NCBI GenBank assembly: GCA_964524015.1
Contig: CAZGBN010000012.1
Span: 7,478 to 71,477, forward strand
DNA: 64,000 nucleotides
Direction of reading: 5' to 3'
Source: an uncultured Mucilaginibacter sp.
GTDB taxonomy: Bacteria; Bacteroidota; Bacteroidia; Sphingobacteriales; Sphingobacteriaceae
The first letter of the stretch is position 1. Each line of letters begins with the position of its first letter. The notes beneath the pieces were generated by a model that was not told where the DNA came from, searched no databases, and saw only the letters and a program-made list of their open reading frames with translations. This document shows, in pieces, positions 8,565-17,911 of this stretch. A program made the position numbers and the translations under genes.

Positions 8565-11174
8565 TTGGCAAAGGACGCAACCAAAGAAACCCCTTTAATG
8601 CAACAGTATAATACTATTAAAGCTAAGTATCCTGGTGCTTTGCTGCTGTTTCGTGTGGGCGATTTTTATGAAACCTTTGGTGAGGATGCAATTAAAGCGG
8701 CGGGAATATTAGGTATTACGCTCACCCGCAGAGCTAATGGCTCGGCATCACATATTGAACTGGCGGGATTTCCTCATCACTCATTAGATACTTATTTGCC
8801 TAAACTGGTACGCGCCGGGCAAAGAGTAGCTATATGCGACCAACTGGAAGATCCAAAAACCACCAAAACCATTGTTAAGCGCGGTGTTACTGAATTGGTT
8901 ACACCGGGTGTTGCTATAAACGATAACATACTTCATCAAAAAAGTAATAATTACCTGGCCTCGCTTTATTTTGAGAAAAACAGTATTGGTATTGCACTAA
9001 TAGATATTTCAACCGGCGAGTTTTTAACTGCACAGGGTAATAGTGATTATATTGATAAGTTGCTACAAAGCTTTAGCCCCAGTGAGGTTATATATCCTAA
9101 AAGCAGACAAGCTGATTTTAGAGAACTTTATGGTGATAAATTTTATACTTATACGTTAGATGAGTGGCCTTACAGTGGCGATTATGCTAACGAAACCCTG
9201 CTAAAACACTTCGGTGTTAAATCATTAAAGGGTTTTGGTATTGACAGGCTTAACCTGGGCATTGTAGCTGCCGGAGTAGCCTTGCATTATCTTAATGAAA
9301 CCGAGCATCGTAACCTGCAGCATATATCAGCAATCAGCAGGATAGAAGAGGATCGATATTTATGGTTAGACAGATACAGCGTACGTAATCTGGAATTGGT
9401 TGGCTCGGCAAACGAGAATGCTATGACTTTGGTTGAAGTATTGGATCATACCTGCTCACCAATGGGTGCACGTTTACTGCGCCGGTGGATTGTAATGCCT
9501 TTGAAGGAATTAAAACCTATTAATGATAGGTTAGGTGTGGTTGAATACCTGATAGAACAAGAAGGATTACGTGAGAACCTGCAACAGCAGATTCGTCAAA
9601 TAGGCGATTTGGAGAGGCTAATATCAAAAATAGGCTTGCAAAAAGCTAATCCACGTGAAGTGTGCCAGCTTAAAAAAGCATTAACTGCTATTGACGAGAT
9701 AAAAAAACTGGCCGAAATTTCGGATAGCTTACCTCTAAAAGCAATAGGGGAGCAATTAAACCCTTGTACGCTCATCTGCCAAAAAATAGAAAAGGAACTT
9801 AGCGCCGAACCACCCGTTATGCTGATAAAAGGCGGTGTAATGAACGAAGGAATTAATGAAGAGTTGGATCGACTGCGTAAAATTGCTTTTGGCGGTAAAG
9901 GTTATTTGTTAGAGATACAAAAGCGGGAAGCAGAAATAACCGGAATACCATCGCTTAAAGTATCATTTAATAATGTGTTTGGTTATTATCTGGAAGTTAC
10001 CCATAGTCACCGGGATAAAGTACCAAGCGAGTGGATACGCAAGCAAACCCTGGTAAATGCCGAGCGCTATATAACACCAGAGCTTAAAGAATACGAAGAG
10101 CAAATTTTAGGTGCCGAAGAAAAAATACTGGCGCTTGAAACACAGTTATATAATGACCTTCTTTACTCATTAGCAGAATATATTAAACCCATACAACTCA
10201 ACGCGCAACTAATAGCCCGTTTAGATGTGCTGTTGAATTTTGCTACGATATCCATTAAAAATTATTACGTAAAGCCAACTATAAACGAGGGTAGGGTAAT
10301 AGATATTAAAGGTGGCCGCCATCCGGTTATTGAAAAGAATTTACCTTTGGGCGAGGAGTATATCACTAATGACGTTTTTCTGGATTCGGAAACGCAACAG
10401 ATCATCATCATCACGGGGCCAAATATGGCGGGTAAATCGGCTTTATTAAGACAAACCGGCTTAATAGTACTGATGGCCCAAATGGGGTGTTTTGTGCCCG
10501 CTAAAGCCGCTGATATTGGCCTGGTGGATAAAATTTTCACTCGTGTTGGTGCATCAGATAATTTATCTTCTGGCGAATCAACCTTTATGGTGGAGATGAA
10601 CGAGACGGCCAGCATATTAAATAACTTGTCAGATCGTAGTTTAATATTATTGGATGAGATAGGAAGGGGTACATCTACTTATGATGGTATATCTATTGCC
10701 TGGTCAATAGCCGAATATTTGCATAATCATCCATCCGCGAAAGCGAAAACTCTTTTTGCTACCCATTACCACGAGTTAAACGAGTTAAGTAATTCATTTA
10801 ACCGCATTAAAAACTTTAATGTGACGGTTAAAGAAGTTGGTAACCAGATCATTTTCCTGCGTAAACTATTACCCGGCGGTAGTGAACATAGTTTTGGAAT
10901 ACACGTAGCCAAATTAGCCGGTATGCCGCAAAAGGTATTGAGCCGCGCAAACGAGATATTGAAAAAGCTGGAACATGAGCGTACAGGTGGGGAGCATATC
11001 AAAGAGAGCATCCGCAAAGTGCAAAAGCAAGCCGTACAAATGCAAATGTTTAGTATTGACGATCCTGTACTGGTAAAAATACGGGATACATTGAATAACC
11101 TGGATGTAAACACCCTTACTCCGGTGGAAGCGTTAATGAAACTGGACGAGATACAACGGGTAATAAAAGGATAA
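8565..11174 (+). CDS. mutS: DNA mismatch repair protein MutS
   Basis: [46 protein letters not shown]. Confidence 0.98.
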   Translation: MAKDATKETPLMQQYNTIKAKYPGALLLFRVGDFYETFGEDAIKAAGILGITLTRRANGSASHIELAGFPHHSLDTYLPKLVRAGQRVAICDQLEDPKTTKTIVKRGVTELVTPGVAINDNILHQKSNNYLASLYFEKNSIGIALIDISTGEFLTAQGNSDYIDKLLQSFSPSEVIYPKSRQADFRELYGDKFYTYTLDEWPYSGDYANETLLKHFGVKSLKGFGIDRLNLGIVAAGVALHYLNETEHRNLQHISAISRIEEDRYLWLDRYSVRNLELVGSANENAMTLVEVLDHTCSPMGARLLRRWIVMPLKELKPINDRLGVVEYLIEQEGLRENLQQQIRQIGDLERLISKIGLQKANPREVCQLKKALTAIDEIKKLAEISDSLPLKAIGEQLNPCTLICQKIEKELSAEPPVMLIKGGVMNEGINEELDRLRKIAFGGKGYLLEIQKREAEITGIPSLKVSFNNVFGYYLEVTHSHRDKVPSEWIRKQTLVNAERYITPELKEYEEQILGAEEKILALETQLYNDLLYSLAEYIKPIQLNAQLIARLDVLLNFATISIKNYYVKPTINEGRVIDIKGGRHPVIEKNLPLGEEYITNDVFLDSETQQIIIITGPNMAGKSALLRQTGLIVLMAQMGCFVPAKAADIGLVDKIFTRVGASDNLSSGESTFMVEMNETASILNNLSDRSLILLDEIGRGTSTYDGISIAWSIAEYLHNHPSAKAKTLFATHYHELNELSNSFNRIKNFNVTVKEVGNQIIFLRKLLPGGSEHSFGIHVAKLAGMPQKVLSRANEILKKLEHERTGGEHIKESIRKVQKQAVQMQMFSIDDPVLVKIRDTLNNLDVNTLTPVEALMKLDEIQRVIKG

Positions 11175-11209
11175 TTTTCAATTTCGGAATTCGGATTTTC
11201 AATTTCGGA
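11175..11209. repeat. 7-bp-period tandem array
   Basis: TTTTCAA TTTCGGA ATTCGGA TTTTCAA TTTCGGA, starting at the base after the mutS stop. Confidence 0.75.
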
Positions 11210-11217
11210 TTTATTTT

Positions 11218-11279
11218 GTAGAGACGCAATACTTTGCGTCTCGTTATACATATCAGTGACACAGATAATGTGCCTCTAC
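11218..11279. repeat. GTAG-type REP doublet (REPIN-like), copy 1
   Basis: GTAGAGACGCAATACTTTGCGTCTC ... GTGACACAGATAATGTGCCTCTAC; near-identical element at 62102. Confidence 0.8.
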
Positions 11280-11346
11280 GGGGTAAATGTGGATATGTTT
11301 AAAACATCCAATATCCCACTAAAATCAATACAACTATTTTTAAGGC

Positions 11347-11922
11347 ATGAAAATCTGTAGCGCTAAGCTTTATATATTATTTTTTGCTGTCGCGATAGTC
11401 TTATCATCTTGTCATTCAAAAAAAACAGTATTAAAAGGTGAACCGGGAGAGATTGTTAAACCACAGGCAGATATAGCGGATAAGTATTCGCAAATGATGT
11501 TGGTGAATAAGGGCGACATCAAGAATGGACGCTTATACTCATTTATTGACCAATGGATGGGTACACCCTATAAGTTTGGGGGGCAGGATAAAGATGGTGT
11601 TGATTGTTCAGGACTGGCACAACTGTTAGAGCAGGAAGTTTATGGTATACAAATCCCCCGTATGACCAGTCAGCAGGTTACCGTTATAAAACGCAAATAT
11701 GAAGAAGAGCTAAAAGAAGGCGACCTGGTGTTTTTTGATTTTGACGGCAAGCCATTTAGCCATGTAGGTGTTTATCTACAAAATGGCTATGTGGTACATG
11801 CCAGTTCAACAAAAGGGGTGATAGTAGTTAATCTGAAAAGCCCATCTATGTATAAATACTTTTCAAGGGCAGGGTCCATTATTACTCAACCAATTGTTTC
11901 TTCGCAAGTATCCGATGAATGA
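11347..11922 (+). CDS. NlpC/P60 (C40) peptidase lipoprotein
   Basis: Lipobox LSSC; GTPYKFGG, GVDCSG, GDLVFF, HVGVY, HASS. Confidence 0.92.
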   Translation: MKICSAKLYILFFAVAIVLSSCHSKKTVLKGEPGEIVKPQADIADKYSQMMLVNKGDIKNGRLYSFIDQWMGTPYKFGGQDKDGVDCSGLAQLLEQEVYGIQIPRMTSQQVTVIKRKYEEELKEGDLVFFDFDGKPFSHVGVYLQNGYVVHASSTKGVIVVNLKSPSMYKYFSRAGSIITQPIVSSQVSDE

Positions 11923-12346
11923 AATAACAACGAGGCTAACCGGTACAATTAAAGAATTTATAGAACAGGAGTTGAAGAGAGTGAGTTTTACTGACCAACC
12001 AGTTCCGGGAAAATGGTCGACAAAGGAAATATTGGGCCATTTAACAGACAGCGCTTATGTAAATTTACAACGGTTTATTCGCTGTACTTACGAAAGTGGT
12101 TTTGTATTAACTTACGCCCAAGATGAATGGGTTGCTGCTCAAAATTACAAGAGTGCTGATATCACGGAATTACTTTCCTTATGGCGACTAATTAATAAGC
12201 AGATAGTGACAGTTTTAAATAATTATCCTCCTGAACGTTGGCAGGCAACTTGTAATGAACATACTGTTGAGTTTTTAGCCAACGATTATATTGACCATAT
12301 GCGCCACCATTTAAATCAGATTATTGCATTAACTAAAACGGATTAA
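11915..12346 (+). CDS. DinB/YfiT-like metal-binding protein
   Basis: GKWSTKEILGHL.DS, DYIDHMRHHLNQI; ATG at 11915 overlaps the end of the upstream gene. Confidence 0.85.
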   Translation: MNEITTRLTGTIKEFIEQELKRVSFTDQPVPGKWSTKEILGHLTDSAYVNLQRFIRCTYESGFVLTYAQDEWVAAQNYKSADITELLSLWRLINKQIVTVLNNYPPERWQATCNEHTVEFLANDYIDHMRHHLNQIIALTKTD

Positions 12347-12393
12347 ATTTTCAAACAGCCCTAACGCTATTTTATTGTTATTTTTGTTGGATT

Positions 12394-12516
12394 ATGTCAA
12401 AACCCAAACAAGATTATTCCTTCTGGACAAAATATAAACGGTATGCAGGTAACGAGATATTGCTTTATCTGATCATGATTATAGGAATTGTATTGGGAAT
12501 ATGGATATTTAGTTGA
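12394..12516 (+). CDS. 40-aa single-pass membrane protein (below ORF-track cutoff)
   Basis: MSKPKQDYSFWTKYKRYAGNEILLYLIMIIGIVLGIWIFS*; TATTTTTG -7 box at 12379-12386, 7 nt before ATG. Confidence 0.65.
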   Translation: MSKPKQDYSFWTKYKRYAGNEILLYLIMIIGIVLGIWIFS

Positions 12517-12588
12517 TCCATTTCACAATAAATCACTATTTTAATACTTTTAAAGGCCTTTGTCTTTTTTATTGCTCATCTATACATA

Positions 12589-13590
12589 ATGAAATTAAAT
12601 TTAAAACGCCCGTTGGCATTTTTTGACCTTGAAGCTACCGGGGTTAATATTGGTATTGACCGAATTGTAGAAATATCTATCATAAAACTACATCCTGACG
12701 GATTAGAAGAGGTAAGGACATGGCGGGTGCACCCGGAAATGCCAATACCATTAGAGTCGTCATTAATACATGGTATTTACGATGAGCATATAAAGGATGA
12801 ACCTGTTTTTAAGCATATAGCTGAATCAGTTGCTGAGTTTTTGGCTGACAGCGACCTGGCCGGATTTAATTCTAACAAGTTTGATATCCCGATGCTGATG
12901 GAGGAGTTTTTACGTGCAGGAGTGAAGTTTGATTTAGATAATCGTCATTTTGTTGATGTGCAGAATATATTCCACCAAATGGAACAGCGTACTTTAAAAG
13001 CTGCCTACCAGTTTTATTGTGATAAGCAGATCATCAATGCTCATAGCGCCGAAGCTGATACCCGCGCTACCATGGAGGTTTTGCTGGCACAGATAGCCAA
13101 GTATGAAAACCAGGAATGGGAAGATAAAAAAGGTAATAAAAGCATCCCGGTTGCAAATGATGTAGAAGCCTTACACAAGTTTACTAACCTGAACCGTCCG
13201 GTTGATTTTGCGGGCCGCATGGCTTATAACGAAGATGGTGAAGAGGTATTTAATTTTGGCAAGCATAAAGGTAAAAAGGTTGAAGATGTGTTTAATATTG
13301 AGCCCAGCTACTATTCATGGATGATGCAGGGCGATTTTCCATTATACACTAAACGTAAACTGGAAGAAATATACACCCGCTGGAACACCAAGCGCCAGGC
13401 CGAGCGACAAGCCCAGACAAAACCAACTGAACAAAAAGCTGATGCACAGCCAGAAGTACCTAAAAATCAGCAGCAAAAACCTTATAATAAGCCTAATCAT
13501 AATCAGCCTTATAAAAAGAAGGAAGAACCTGCCGCTCCGGTTAATGATGATATGTTAAAGCAGTTGGCGGATAAGTTTAAGAAGGGGTAA
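12589..13590 (+). CDS. DEDDh 3'-5' exonuclease (Pol III epsilon-like) with low-complexity tail
   Basis: FFDLEATG, FNSNKFD, HSAEAD, FNFGKHKG. Confidence 0.9.
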   Translation: MKLNLKRPLAFFDLEATGVNIGIDRIVEISIIKLHPDGLEEVRTWRVHPEMPIPLESSLIHGIYDEHIKDEPVFKHIAESVAEFLADSDLAGFNSNKFDIPMLMEEFLRAGVKFDLDNRHFVDVQNIFHQMEQRTLKAAYQFYCDKQIINAHSAEADTRATMEVLLAQIAKYENQEWEDKKGNKSIPVANDVEALHKFTNLNRPVDFAGRMAYNEDGEEVFNFGKHKGKKVEDVFNIEPSYYSWMMQGDFPLYTKRKLEEIYTRWNTKRQAERQAQTKPTEQKADAQPEVPKNQQQKPYNKPNHNQPYKKKEEPAAPVNDDMLKQLADKFKKG

Positions 13591-13599
13591 GTGCACTAA

Positions 13600-13675
13600 T
13601 GTCATTGCGAACGTAGCGTGGCAATCGCAAGGAGAAAAGCTCGCGATTGCTTCGTCGTTCCTCCTCGCAATGACA
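13600..13675. repeat. GTCATTGCGA...TCGCAATGAC palindromic repeat, copy 1
   Basis: Terminal IR TGTCATTGCGA/TCGCAATGACA with inner GCAATCGC/GCGATTGC stem; second copy at 45606. Confidence 0.8.
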
Positions 13676-13680
13676 ATTAT

Positions 13681-14619
13681 TTATTCAACCCTTTTTAAAA
13701 ACTCAATATTCCTTTTGAATCCGTTAAACTTGGTACGTTTAACCGCCGAGTTTTTAAATACTTTTTGAAATACCTCTTCGGTAATATCTTCCAAATCCTT
13801 ACTATTCAATCCCAATAGTTCAGGATGCGGTTGAAATGATGGTTCGCTATGTAGTACCGAAAACTTATTCCACGGGCAAACGTCCTGGCAAATATCACAG
13901 CCAAACATCCAGTTATCCATTTTGCCTTTAAACTCCTGCGGTATTTCGTTTTTAAGCTCAATAGTTAAGTAGGAGATACACTTGCTACCATCAACAACAT
14001 AAGGCCCTACAATGGCCTCAGTAGGGCACGCATCAATGCAACGGGTACAGGTACCACAATGATCGGCAGTGGGTTCAATATCATATTCCAGTTCCAGGTC
14101 GATGATCAGCTCTGCTAAGAAGAAAAATGACCCTGATTGTTTATTGATTAAGTTAGAGTTTTTACCTATCCAACCCATGCCACTTTTTTGAGCCCAGGCT
14201 TTATCTAATACCGGGGCCGAATCAACAAAAGCGCGTCCGCCAACTTCACCAATTTTTTCATTAATTATGTGCAATAATTGCTTTAGCTTTTCTTTTATTA
14301 CGGTATGATAATCAATGCCATATGCATATTTAGATATTTTAGGGGCTAAAGGGTCTATCTGTGTATTATCAGTATAATAATTTAATGCTAAAGACACAAC
14401 AGATTTGGCACCATCAACCAATAAACGCGGATCAAGGCGCTTATCAAAATGATTTTCCATGTATTGCATTTCGCCATGCATGTTGTTGTTTAACCATTTT
14501 TCCAGCCGTGGCGCCTCTTCTTCTAAGAACTCGGCTTTAGCTATACCGCAAAACATAAAGCCCAGTTTTTTGGCTTCATCTTTAATAAGTTGGCTATATG
14601 ATGCTCTGTTGCTTTGCAT
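13681..14619 (-). CDS. queG: Epoxyqueuosine reductase
   Basis: [42 protein letters not shown]. Confidence 0.96.
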   Translation of the reverse strand: MQSNRASYSQLIKDEAKKLGFMFCGIAKAEFLEEEAPRLEKWLNNNMHGEMQYMENHFDKRLDPRLLVDGAKSVVSLALNYYTDNTQIDPLAPKISKYAYGIDYHTVIKEKLKQLLHIINEKIGEVGGRAFVDSAPVLDKAWAQKSGMGWIGKNSNLINKQSGSFFFLAELIIDLELEYDIEPTADHCGTCTRCIDACPTEAIVGPYVVDGSKCISYLTIELKNEIPQEFKGKMDNWMFGCDICQDVCPWNKFSVLHSEPSFQPHPELLGLNSKDLEDITEEVFQKVFKNSAVKRTKFNGFKRNIEFLKRVE

Positions 14620-14718
14620 TATCGTGCAAAGATAAGTAAACCATATACAATGATTTTATGACAGTTTATAAAACAGGATCATAAATATACTGTTGCATTT
14701 ATAAGGAGGACTACAATT

Positions 14719-14955
14719 ATGGAAACTACACCAAATAATAACCCCAAAGACGAACAGATCACCAATCAGGATGAATCTATAACTAATGCCGATAATAATC
14801 CCGAAGAAGAAAACAAACACCCGGAACCGGAAGCAGATATAGCCAAAGAAATACCTACAGTAACACCGAGTAATGATGGCGACCCAACACCGGCAGAACC
14901 TGAAGATGAAGATACATCAAATACTCATAGCGGCCCCGCCGGAGAAAATCTGTAA
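14719..14955 (+). CDS. Small acidic, probably disordered hypothetical protein
   Basis: D/E/N/P-rich 78 aa; AAGGAGG upstream; terminator downstream. Confidence 0.65.
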   Translation: METTPNNNPKDEQITNQDESITNADNNPEEENKHPEPEADIAKEIPTVTPSNDGDPTPAEPEDEDTSNTHSGPAGENL

Positions 14956-14957
14956 AT

Positions 14958-14990
14958 AAAAAGCCACCTGAGATTAATCAAGTGGCTTTT
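14958..14990. terminator. Bidirectional terminator
   Basis: AAAAGCCAC.TGA...TCA.GTGGCTTTT. Confidence 0.7.
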
Positions 14991-15016
14991 ATATTTCCCC
15001 TCTTATGATTATGGGG

Positions 15017-15835
15017 TTAGAAACTATTTCTAATGCTATTGCTTAATGTTTTAGCACTCCAGTAACCGCTGCCCAATATTCTTCTTACGGTCATTAACGG
15101 ATCGGTTGCCAGACGTTTATCAGCCAGTTGAAATGCCAGCTTAAAGCCGCGTTTATGTAGCTCAGGTAAGTTTTGAGCGTTCCATATACCAAAAGGAAAT
15201 GCAAAATATTTAATAGGCTTTCCTGTAATTTCTTCCAGTTTTTTGGTAGGCTTATCTAATTGAGTAACCCAGTCATCTACCGGTCGGTTAATTACTTTGC
15301 CTTTATAACCTATAATTTTTAAAGTTGAGTTGTGCGATAGTTTATCAAACCTATGATGATCCCAGGTATGACTGCCAATAACATTGCCGGCATCTGATAA
15401 TTGTTTAACTTGATCTGCCGACATATAGCGCGGGCGGCCTAGCGATACCGTCATGATAAAATAAACTGCTTTAAAGCCGTATTTTTTTAATTCAGGTGCA
15501 GCTATGGTAAATTGGTCAAGATCTGTATCATCAAAAGTAAGCATGATGGGTTTGCTTGGTAAAGCTGTACCCTTTGTTAAATAATCATATAACTGATCAG
15601 GCAATATGGTATGATAACCGCTATCGCGCAGCATTTTAATATGCTGTTTAAAAGTTGCTATAGGTACAATATAATCTTTAGCATTTTTTGAATCGGTTGA
15701 TTTCCAATCACGAATTTGATGGTAGCATACAATAGGTACTTGCTTACGCGCCATAATAGCTGCCGCATTTTGTGCCTGTGCTAATTGATTTAATAAAATA
15801 CCTGATAATACCAGAGCAAGAAGTCGTTTATGCAT
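15017..15835 (-). CDS. Secreted polysaccharide deacetylase (CE4)
   Basis: VPIVCYH, LTFDD, IGSHTWDH, FAFPFG. Confidence 0.9.
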   Translation of the reverse strand: MHKRLLALVLSGILLNQLAQAQNAAAIMARKQVPIVCYHQIRDWKSTDSKNAKDYIVPIATFKQHIKMLRDSGYHTILPDQLYDYLTKGTALPSKPIMLTFDDTDLDQFTIAAPELKKYGFKAVYFIMTVSLGRPRYMSADQVKQLSDAGNVIGSHTWDHHRFDKLSHNSTLKIIGYKGKVINRPVDDWVTQLDKPTKKLEEITGKPIKYFAFPFGIWNAQNLPELHKRGFKLAFQLADKRLATDPLMTVRRILGSGYWSAKTLSNSIRNSF

Positions 15836-15929
15836 GTTATGAAGATGTTTTTATAATATTATTACTCCTGCTAAAATAATATATTTCAACAGGAAATAAT
15901 TGTAATTAGTAAATAATAATAAGTAGGTT

Positions 15930-16952
15930 TTAGAACAATGAAGGATTGCCGCCTGTTTTAATTTTACCCAAATGTTTATAGGCATTTTCGGTAGCTTCAC
16001 GACCACGGGCTGTACGCATTAAAAAGCCTTCCTGTATTAAAAAAGGTTCATATACCTCTTCAATGGTGCCTTCTTCTTCGCCAACGGCTGTTGCGATAGT
16101 TTTTAAACCTACCGGCCCGCCTTTAAACTTTTCAATAATAGTTAACAATATTTTATTATCCATTTCGTCCAAGCCATGCTCATCTACATTCAAAGCGTTT
16201 AACGCATACTTAGAAATTTCGGTATCAATACTACCATTGCCTTTAATTTGAGCAAAATCTCGTGTACGGCGTAATAAAGCATTAGCTATACGGGGCGTAC
16301 CGCGGCTACGGCGCGCAATTTCATAAGCACCTTCATCGGTAATAGGTGTTTTTAATATGGATGCTGAGCGCAATACAATGTTTGTTAGCAACTTGGCGTC
16401 ATAATATTCTAACCGCGAATTAATGCCAAACCTGGCCCTTAACGGAGCGGTTAATAACCCGGACCGGGTAGTAGCACCGATCAAGGTAAATGGATTCAAT
16501 GAAATTTGCACTGAACGGGCATTTGGGCCGCTCTCCAGCATGATATCAATTTTAAAGTCCTCCATTGCCGAATATAAATATTCTTCAACTAGGGGGCTTA
16601 AACGGTGTATCTCGTCGATGAATAAAATGTCGCCGGTCTCCAGATTGGTGAGTAATCCGGCCAGGTCACCAGGCTTATCCAAAACAGGGCCTGAGGTTAT
16701 TTTGATACCCACGCCCATTTCATTGGCAATAATGTGCGATAAGGTGGTTTTACCTAAACCGGGAGGACCGTGCAACAATACATGGTCAAGTGCCTCGCCA
16801 CGCTGGCGGGCAGCCTGTACAAATATTTTAATGTTGGCTAATATTTTATGCTGACCGGTAAAGTCCTCAAATGCCTGCGGGCGCAATACTTTTTCAATAT
16901 CACGTTCAACAGGCGACAGGTTTTCACCATCAGGGTCCAGATATTCGTTCAT
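15930..16952 (-). CDS. ruvB: Holliday junction branch-migration helicase RuvB
   Basis: [39 protein letters not shown]. Confidence 0.98.
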   Translation of the reverse strand: MNEYLDPDGENLSPVERDIEKVLRPQAFEDFTGQHKILANIKIFVQAARQRGEALDHVLLHGPPGLGKTTLSHIIANEMGVGIKITSGPVLDKPGDLAGLLTNLETGDILFIDEIHRLSPLVEEYLYSAMEDFKIDIMLESGPNARSVQISLNPFTLIGATTRSGLLTAPLRARFGINSRLEYYDAKLLTNIVLRSASILKTPITDEGAYEIARRSRGTPRIANALLRRTRDFAQIKGNGSIDTEISKYALNALNVDEHGLDEMDNKILLTIIEKFKGGPVGLKTIATAVGEEEGTIEEVYEPFLIQEGFLMRTARGREATENAYKHLGKIKTGGNPSLF

Positions 16953-16961
16953 TGCACGAAT

Positions 16962-17064
16962 TTAGTGATTAGAGATTAGAGATTGGTGATTAGTTATATT
17001 TTTTATATTGTAAATTAAAGAAGCGATATGAACCAATCACTAATTTCTAATTAACTAATCACTA
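16962..17064. repeat. Inverted pair of 7-bp-period arrays (TTAGAGA-type)
   Basis: TTAGTGA TTAGAGA TTAGAGA TTGGTGA TTAGTTA ... AACCAA TCACTAA TTTCTAA TTAACTAA TCACTA. Confidence 0.8.
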
Positions 17065-17793
17065 TCCTTCAGGATACTTCCTGAAAATGCTATTGATCTT
17101 CATTTGAATAACCCCTAAAATAGCTTCTTTAAATATACCTTTTGACATTTTAGAGGCACCTTCTGTACGGTCAGTAAAGATGATTGGTATTTCTACCAGA
17201 TTAAAGCCATGTTTTACGGTTGTATATTTCATTTCTATCTGGAATGCGTAGCCTACAAATTTTATTTTTTGCAGTTCAATAGTTTGTAAAACCTTGCGTT
17301 TGTAGCATACAAATCCTGCAGTAAAATCCTGTACACTTACCCCGGTAATAAAGCGGACATAAACAGATGCAAAATAGCTCATTAGTACACGGCTCATTGG
17401 CCAGTTCACTACATTTACACCTTTTACATAGCGTGAGCCAACAGACATGTCCGCACCATTAATACAAGCCTCTCTTAATTTGATCAGATCATCAGGATTG
17501 TGAGAAAAATCGGCATCCATTTCAAAAACGTAATCGTATTGCTTTTCAAGTGCCCATTTAAAGCCGGCAATGTATGCAGTACCCAAGCCTTGTTTGCCTG
17601 CACGTTCCAATATAAATAGCTTGTCGGGATATATTTCCTGTAATTGCTTAACAATAACCTGGGTACCGTCCGGCGAACCATCATCAACAATTAATAAATG
17701 GAAATCATGAGGTAAAGAAAATACTTTACGGATCATCCGTTCAATGTTTTCTTTTTCGTTATAGGTGGGTATAATTACTAGACTATCAGGCAC
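17062..17793 (-). CDS. Polyprenol monophosphomannose synthase (GT2)
   Basis: IIPTYNE, VDDGSPDGT, EMDADFSH, GYAFQIE. Confidence 0.92.
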   Translation of the reverse strand: MPDSLVIIPTYNEKENIERMIRKVFSLPHDFHLLIVDDGSPDGTQVIVKQLQEIYPDKLFILERAGKQGLGTAYIAGFKWALEKQYDYVFEMDADFSHNPDDLIKLREACINGADMSVGSRYVKGVNVVNWPMSRVLMSYFASVYVRFITGVSVQDFTAGFVCYKRKVLQTIELQKIKFVGYAFQIEMKYTTVKHGFNLVEIPIIFTDRTEGASKMSKGIFKEAILGVIQMKINSIFRKYPEG

Positions 17794-17911
17794 TTAAAAA
17801 TAGTTAATGTTGTGTATAAACAGTTGACGAAAATAATAGAAATACTATTGATAAAAAATAAAAAATGGAACGGCTTTAAATTACTGTATTAAACATTAAC
17901 GGATATATCAG

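Noticed and set aside
10766-11251. 161-aa minus ORF starting with [12 protein letters not shown] repeats
   Set aside because: The peptide repeat is just the translated heptamer array; the rest is antisense to mutS
11915-12346. DinB-family protein taken as a second polymerase IV
   Set aside because: It is the unrelated DinB/YfiT four-helix metalloprotein fold; a name coincidence only
15930-15950. RuvB C-terminal NPSLF as a clamp-binding motif
   Set aside because: Lacks the conserved Gln; too weak on its own
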